From NCBI GenBank assembly GCA_023267435.1, contig JAHFNH010000006.1, forward strand, positions 1 through 39,676: 39,676 nucleotides of DNA. The letters run 5' to 3'. The notes below the pieces were generated by a model. The model saw nothing but the letters and a program-made list of their open reading frames with translations. It had not been told where the DNA came from and searched no databases. Shown here in pieces: positions 35,587-39,676 of this stretch (positions are counted from its first letter, which is position 1; each line of letters starts with the position of its first letter). Made by a program: the position numbers and the translations under genes. Source of the DNA: Candidatus Nomurabacteria bacterium (GTDB lineage: Bacteria > Patescibacteriota > Minisyncoccia > Phycocordibacterales > UBA9973).

Positions 35587-37407
35587 ATGAAAAAACAACT
35601 ATTAATTGTGTTGATATCCTTAATGGGATTTAACACGTTCGCTTTGACAGTAACTGTGTCAGCAAACTTTTCGAGTACAACCAGTACTCAAGCAATTAGC
35701 TCTATTGGCTGGACGATACATGGCGGTGTTACTTTATGGAACTCTGCCAATTATTTTGAGCTTTATTACCAGGTGGTAGACTCTACTACTGGAGTTACTT
35801 CACCAGTTCAAATGTTAACTTATGGGGGTACTGCGGGAGATTCAGTTAATACTACCGGAGTTTCTTTTACTTTGACAGGATTAACTGCGGGAGATTATTA
35901 CAAAATAATTCCGCGTCTTGATTTATGGCAGAATAATGTGCTTGTAACAATGGCAGTTGGTGTACCAATGGTTTTTCAAACCCAGTGTGCTCCGCCTACA
36001 TTAAGTGCAAGTCAAACATCAGTGTGCAGTGGAAGTTCTGTAAACTTAATTGCAAGCGGATCAAACACATACACATTGGATAACACAGGTCAGACAGGTT
36101 CATCATTTATTGTTAATCCTGCTGCTACTACTACTTATACAGTAACAGCAGTGACAGCCAGTGGTTGTTCAAGTACAAATAGTATTACAATAACAGTGAA
36201 TTCAGTGCCGACCATTACCGTTTGTCCTGATCCTACCATTTGCCATGGAACTTCAACAGTTTTGAGTGCCAGCGGTGCAACGACCTATTCATGGTTACCA
36301 GCTACTGGATTAAGCAATGCAACAAGTGCATCACCGACTTCATCAGCAACAAGTACGACTGTTTATACCGTAACTGGTACCACAGGAGGCTGTAGCAATA
36401 CGGCTACCGTAACAGTTAATGTAACTGGCATTTCATTGAATACAGGTTCTAATGTAACTATTTGCCAGGGAGGTTCGACAACTTTAAGCTCTTCAAATGC
36501 AACTGTTTATTCTTGGTCACCGACCAATGGTTTGAGCGATCCGACTATTGCAAACCCGGTTGCCAATCCCAATGTTACAACTGTTTATACAGTAACTGGG
36601 ATAAATGGAAGTTGTACAGCAAAAGATAGCGTTAAGGTGAATGTGAATGTAAACAATACGAATGCAACTCTGACTGTTCCATCATCGAATCCTTGCAAGA
36701 TAGCCATGAATCACACTGTGACTCTTTCCGGCTCTCCGGCTCTTGGAGTATTTAGCGTCAACGGGAACCCTTTATCGGGAACTTCGCTTGATTTGTCTAC
36801 AATACCAGCAGGGAATACAGTTGTAGATTATACTGTGACCAACACTTATGGTTGTACAAAAACAGTATCGGCTAGTTTCGTCAACGATTCTGCGCCGATT
36901 GTGTATAGTTCAACAGCACCTGTTGGTACTACCAGTAAATCGTTCGATGCTAAAGGAGCATTCATTGATGATCTTAAAGTTATGGTTGTTGGTAGCAGTA
37001 CCATTTACAGTGCTTCTTTGCAAAACATGACATCTGCATCGTTTAATAATCTTCCGGCAACGTTAGTTCCGGGATCGAAAATTAAATTTTTGTATGGTGG
37101 TGTTGGAACTTCATGTTTTACAGATCAGGAAGCTGTGAGCGTACAGGAAGTAGTTAAGAATGAAGATGTTTACATTTATCCGAATCCTTTTGTTAGCGTA
37201 TTGCATATCGGAGTTCCTTTCGGGGAATATAAGATTACAATTACTAACATGCTTGGACAAGTAGTTCAAGATCTATCAGCACAGGGAGATAATTTCGAAG
37301 TAGAGAAGGGAGATTTATCCCCCGGTAAATACTTTGTAACTATCGTTTCTGCTAAGAATAAGGACGGAAAAAGCTCAACGGTTGTAAAACCGATTGTTGT
37401 TCAGTAA
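35587..37407 (+). CDS. Secreted beta-repeat protein with T9SS type-A C-terminal sorting domain
   Basis: Signal peptide; repeats TIC.G.ST.LS.S.AT.YSW.P..GLS....A.P...TT.YTVTG..G.C; C-terminus IYPNPF...ITNMLGQVV...LSPGKYFVTI...KPIVVQ. Confidence 0.85.
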   Translation: MKKQLLIVLISLMGFNTFALTVTVSANFSSTTSTQAISSIGWTIHGGVTLWNSANYFELYYQVVDSTTGVTSPVQMLTYGGTAGDSVNTTGVSFTLTGLTAGDYYKIIPRLDLWQNNVLVTMAVGVPMVFQTQCAPPTLSASQTSVCSGSSVNLIASGSNTYTLDNTGQTGSSFIVNPAATTTYTVTAVTASGCSSTNSITITVNSVPTITVCPDPTICHGTSTVLSASGATTYSWLPATGLSNATSASPTSSATSTTVYTVTGTTGGCSNTATVTVNVTGISLNTGSNVTICQGGSTTLSSSNATVYSWSPTNGLSDPTIANPVANPNVTTVYTVTGINGSCTAKDSVKVNVNVNNTNATLTVPSSNPCKIAMNHTVTLSGSPALGVFSVNGNPLSGTSLDLSTIPAGNTVVDYTVTNTYGCTKTVSASFVNDSAPIVYSSTAPVGTTSKSFDAKGAFIDDLKVMVVGSSTIYSASLQNMTSASFNNLPATLVPGSKIKFLYGGVGTSCFTDQEAVSVQEVVKNEDVYIYPNPFVSVLHIGVPFGEYKITITNMLGQVVQDLSAQGDNFEVEKGDLSPGKYFVTIVSAKNKDGKSSTVVKPIVVQ

Positions 37408-37422
37408 AGAATAAAGAATGCA

Positions 37423-37458
37423 TAAGCCTTGAATGAAAATTCAAGGCTTATTTTTTTT
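37423..37458 (+). terminator. Intrinsic terminator
   Basis: TAAGCCTTGAAT-GAAA-ATTCAAGGCTTA followed by a T tract. Confidence 0.8.
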
Positions 37459-37483
37459 GTATTTTTTATAATGTATTTACACA

Positions 37484-37521
37484 AATTAAAAACCCTCCAA
37501 ATGAATGGAGGGTTTTTAATT
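37484..37521 (-). terminator. Intrinsic terminator of the surface-protein gene
   Basis: AATTAAAAACCCTCCA...TGGAGGGTTTTTAATT. Confidence 0.75.
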
Positions 37522-37530
37522 ATTTAATCT

Positions 37531-39675
37531 TTAAGCTTTAGGATGTGTGATGTATAACTTTCTTCCGATGATAGCTAATGCTATGATCGCAAGTATTAGA
37601 AATAGCCATCCGATCAATCGAGGCAGGGAACTTAATGCGAAGATAGAGTTCGCTTCAAGTCCGGTGCCTGTTGTCACAGAGTTTGTCACATAAGATATTT
37701 CATCTTTACTCAAGCTTGATCCGGTGACATTATAAGATGCCACTGCGGTAGTCACAAGAACATTCTGAAGGGAAGCATTAGAGTTAACTTTGCCTTTTAT
37801 TGTCATTGTACTTGTCTGATTTGGAGCCAAAGCTTTTATGTCGAAGGTTACAATGTTATTGCTTTCTAGCGTGCCTAGATCAGATTCAGTGAAATCAATC
37901 TCACTTGGAAGCTGGACGGTCAATTTTATATTTTCAAGATTCTTTGAAGCGACATTTTCGAAAGTTACAGAATAATCTACTTCATCTCCGACTGCGAGCT
38001 TTTCTTTCGTGGTTGTGATTCCAAGCTTGGCTGTCGCAACTCCAGAATAATCTTGAGAAGAATTGTTTGTGTCGTTTATAACTGGCACGTTATCCATGGA
38101 ATTTATAACATTAACATTTGATCCGTCTCCTGCTGTTGGAATTGTATTTGTATTGTCTGTCACTAGGACTATGTTGGGAGTTTGGAAGACAAGAATGTTT
38201 CCGTCATGAATCACACCTTGATTCACAGCTACTGCTCGGAAGTAGTAGATCGTATTTGGAGTTAAGTTCGTAACTACTTCTGAGAAGCTTATTGAAGCAG
38301 CTGTGCCTAAAGATTTTTGAGGTGTTGATAGATTTAAAGCAGATGTCTTTCCATATTGGAAATATCCTGTTGTTGCGGATCCATTTTGATTGATAAATAA
38401 TCCGTTCAGTTTTGCTGAAGTGGAAGTTTTCTGAGTTGCTTGAATTGTGGTGATTACTCCATTTAAGGAAGTTGAACCATTGGTAGGTGTGGTTGTGTTT
38501 GTTGTTGCGGGAGTAGTGGTTGTAGTTGTCTGGAAAGAAAGAATATTTCCTTTGACTGTGCCATAAGAATTGTTTGCGACAGCACGGAAATAATAAGTTG
38601 TGTTGGGAGTGAGGCCTGTAATATTTTGTATTAAAGATGAAACTACACTTGCTGTGCCTTGAGATGTGTGAACTGTCTCACTTGGAGTTCCTGCTAAAGT
38701 GCTTGAAGTGTTGTATTCAAACCAAGCTGTTGTCGGTGATCCATCTGGATTGATTGAACCGCCCAATGTTGCTGAAATGTTTATAACGTTTGTAGCATTC
38801 TGAGTGATGACTGTAGGTAGGAATACAATTCCACCACCTCCACCCCCGCCTCCACCACCGCCTATTGGGTTAATAGTGAAAGTAGAAGAACCAGATGTGC
38901 ATCCGCCATTGGCAACAGTAATATTTCCAGTACCAGCAGTAGTTGTGTCAGCTACGGTTAGACTAATAGTTAAAGAAATTGGACTCAAGACATTTGTTGT
39001 TCGTGCTGTTCCATTGAACAATGCAGAAGAAGTTCCGTTTACAAAATTGTTACCTGTGACAGTGACAAGAGTTGCTCCAGCTCCAGCTGTGACTGAATTA
39101 GGAGAAAGTAAAGTGATAGATGGACTTAATCCGCAACCGCCTCCTCCGCCAACTGCCAAAGTTGTAAAACTAATATTTGAGTTAACAAGATTTGGTCCGT
39201 CAGTAGCGACAAGCTTGTAGGTATATGAAGTGTTCGCTGTAAGTCCAGTCAAAGAAAAAGGAGGCAAGGTGACATTACCAATTCCTGTGATTCCGTTGAC
39301 TTGTGATCCCGGAAGGGTATTACCATTTTGATCTTGATACCAAACATTGATAGTTGTTCCATTTGGATTAACTACGCCGTTTAGAGTAGCTGTAGTTTGA
39401 GTGACGCCTGTTGCAGTGGCGGAGATGATGGAAGCGACAGGAGCTACTAGAGTTGTAAAACTAATATTTGAGTTAACAAGATTTGGTCCGTCAGTAGCGA
39501 CAAGCTTGTAGGTATATGAAGTGTTCGCTGTAAGTCCAGTCAAAGAAAAAGGAGGCAAGGTGACATTACCAATTCCTGTGATTCCGTTGACTTGTGATCC
39601 CGGAAGGGTATTACCATTTTGATCTTGATACCAAACATTGATAGTTGTTCCATTTGGATTAACTACGCCGTTTAG
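37531..39675 (-). CDS. Large surface protein, 5'-partial (FN3-like repeats, IPT/TIG domain, Gly and Thr linkers, DUF11-like domain, C-terminal TM anchor)
   Basis: GLTPNTTYYFRAVA-type FN3 motifs and PSITLLSPNS IPT. The frame stays open to the window end because 39559-39676 is an in-frame copy of coding 39268-39385. Confidence 0.88.
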   Translation of the reverse strand, partial: LNGVVNPNGTTINVWYQDQNGNTLPGSQVNGITGIGNVTLPPFSLTGLTANTSYTYKLVATDGPNLVNSNISFTTLVAPVASIISATATGVTQTTATLNGVVNPNGTTINVWYQDQNGNTLPGSQVNGITGIGNVTLPPFSLTGLTANTSYTYKLVATDGPNLVNSNISFTTLAVGGGGGCGLSPSITLLSPNSVTAGAGATLVTVTGNNFVNGTSSALFNGTARTTNVLSPISLTISLTVADTTTAGTGNITVANGGCTSGSSTFTINPIGGGGGGGGGGGIVFLPTVITQNATNVINISATLGGSINPDGSPTTAWFEYNTSSTLAGTPSETVHTSQGTASVVSSLIQNITGLTPNTTYYFRAVANNSYGTVKGNILSFQTTTTTTPATTNTTTPTNGSTSLNGVITTIQATQKTSTSAKLNGLFINQNGSATTGYFQYGKTSALNLSTPQKSLGTAASISFSEVVTNLTPNTIYYFRAVAVNQGVIHDGNILVFQTPNIVLVTDNTNTIPTAGDGSNVNVINSMDNVPVINDTNNSSQDYSGVATAKLGITTTKEKLAVGDEVDYSVTFENVASKNLENIKLTVQLPSEIDFTESDLGTLESNNIVTFDIKALAPNQTSTMTIKGKVNSNASLQNVLVTTAVASYNVTGSSLSKDEISYVTNSVTTGTGLEANSIFALSSLPRLIGWLFLILAIIALAIIGRKLYITHPKA

Positions 39676-39676
39676 A
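39160..39676. repeat. Intragenic tandem repeat, 291-bp period
   Basis: 39160-39385 is identical to 39451-39676 (226 bp visible; the second copy is cut by the window end). Confidence 0.93.

Noticed and set aside
3804-37030. Short alternative-frame and antisense ORFs nested in rodA, folD, secD, secF, htpX, gatA, the GT2 genes, copA, MFS, rnj, SBP, secG and the T9SS-CTD gene
   Set aside because: Shadow ORFs of well-supported genes with no motifs of their own.
38804-39220. Poly-proline ORF on the + strand
   Set aside because: It is the antisense reading of the Gly linkers of the minus-strand surface protein.

Overview
AT-rich chromosomal window from a Patescibacteria/CPR genome, probably Parcubacteria and Nomurabacteria-like. 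This is inferred from gene order and content (rodA-folD-PAP2-secDF, lemA-htpX-gatCA, secG-peptide SBP-rnj) and from the absence of obvious Shine-Dalgarno motifs. It opens in the 3' end of a 23S rRNA gene interrupted by an ORF-less group I intron at the L2593-equivalent site, followed by 5S rRNA. It then carries housekeeping genes, three tRNAs, a lipid-modification cluster (two GT2, DedA, a sphingomyelin-synthase-like enzyme, a DgkA-family kinase), and a thiol-redox plus CsoR-regulated copper cluster. Further on are an SRA-like/HNH nuclease flanked by a perfect 77-bp direct repeat, a Bacteroidota-style T9SS-CTD protein, and a repeat-rich surface protein that runs off the window end. The most distinctive unexplained features are many small palindromic elements (in the rRNA spacer, in a promoter, beside a tRNA, and in frame inside folD, htpX and gatA) and widespread leaderless-gene geometry. 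All calls come from reading motifs by eye; no database searches were run.
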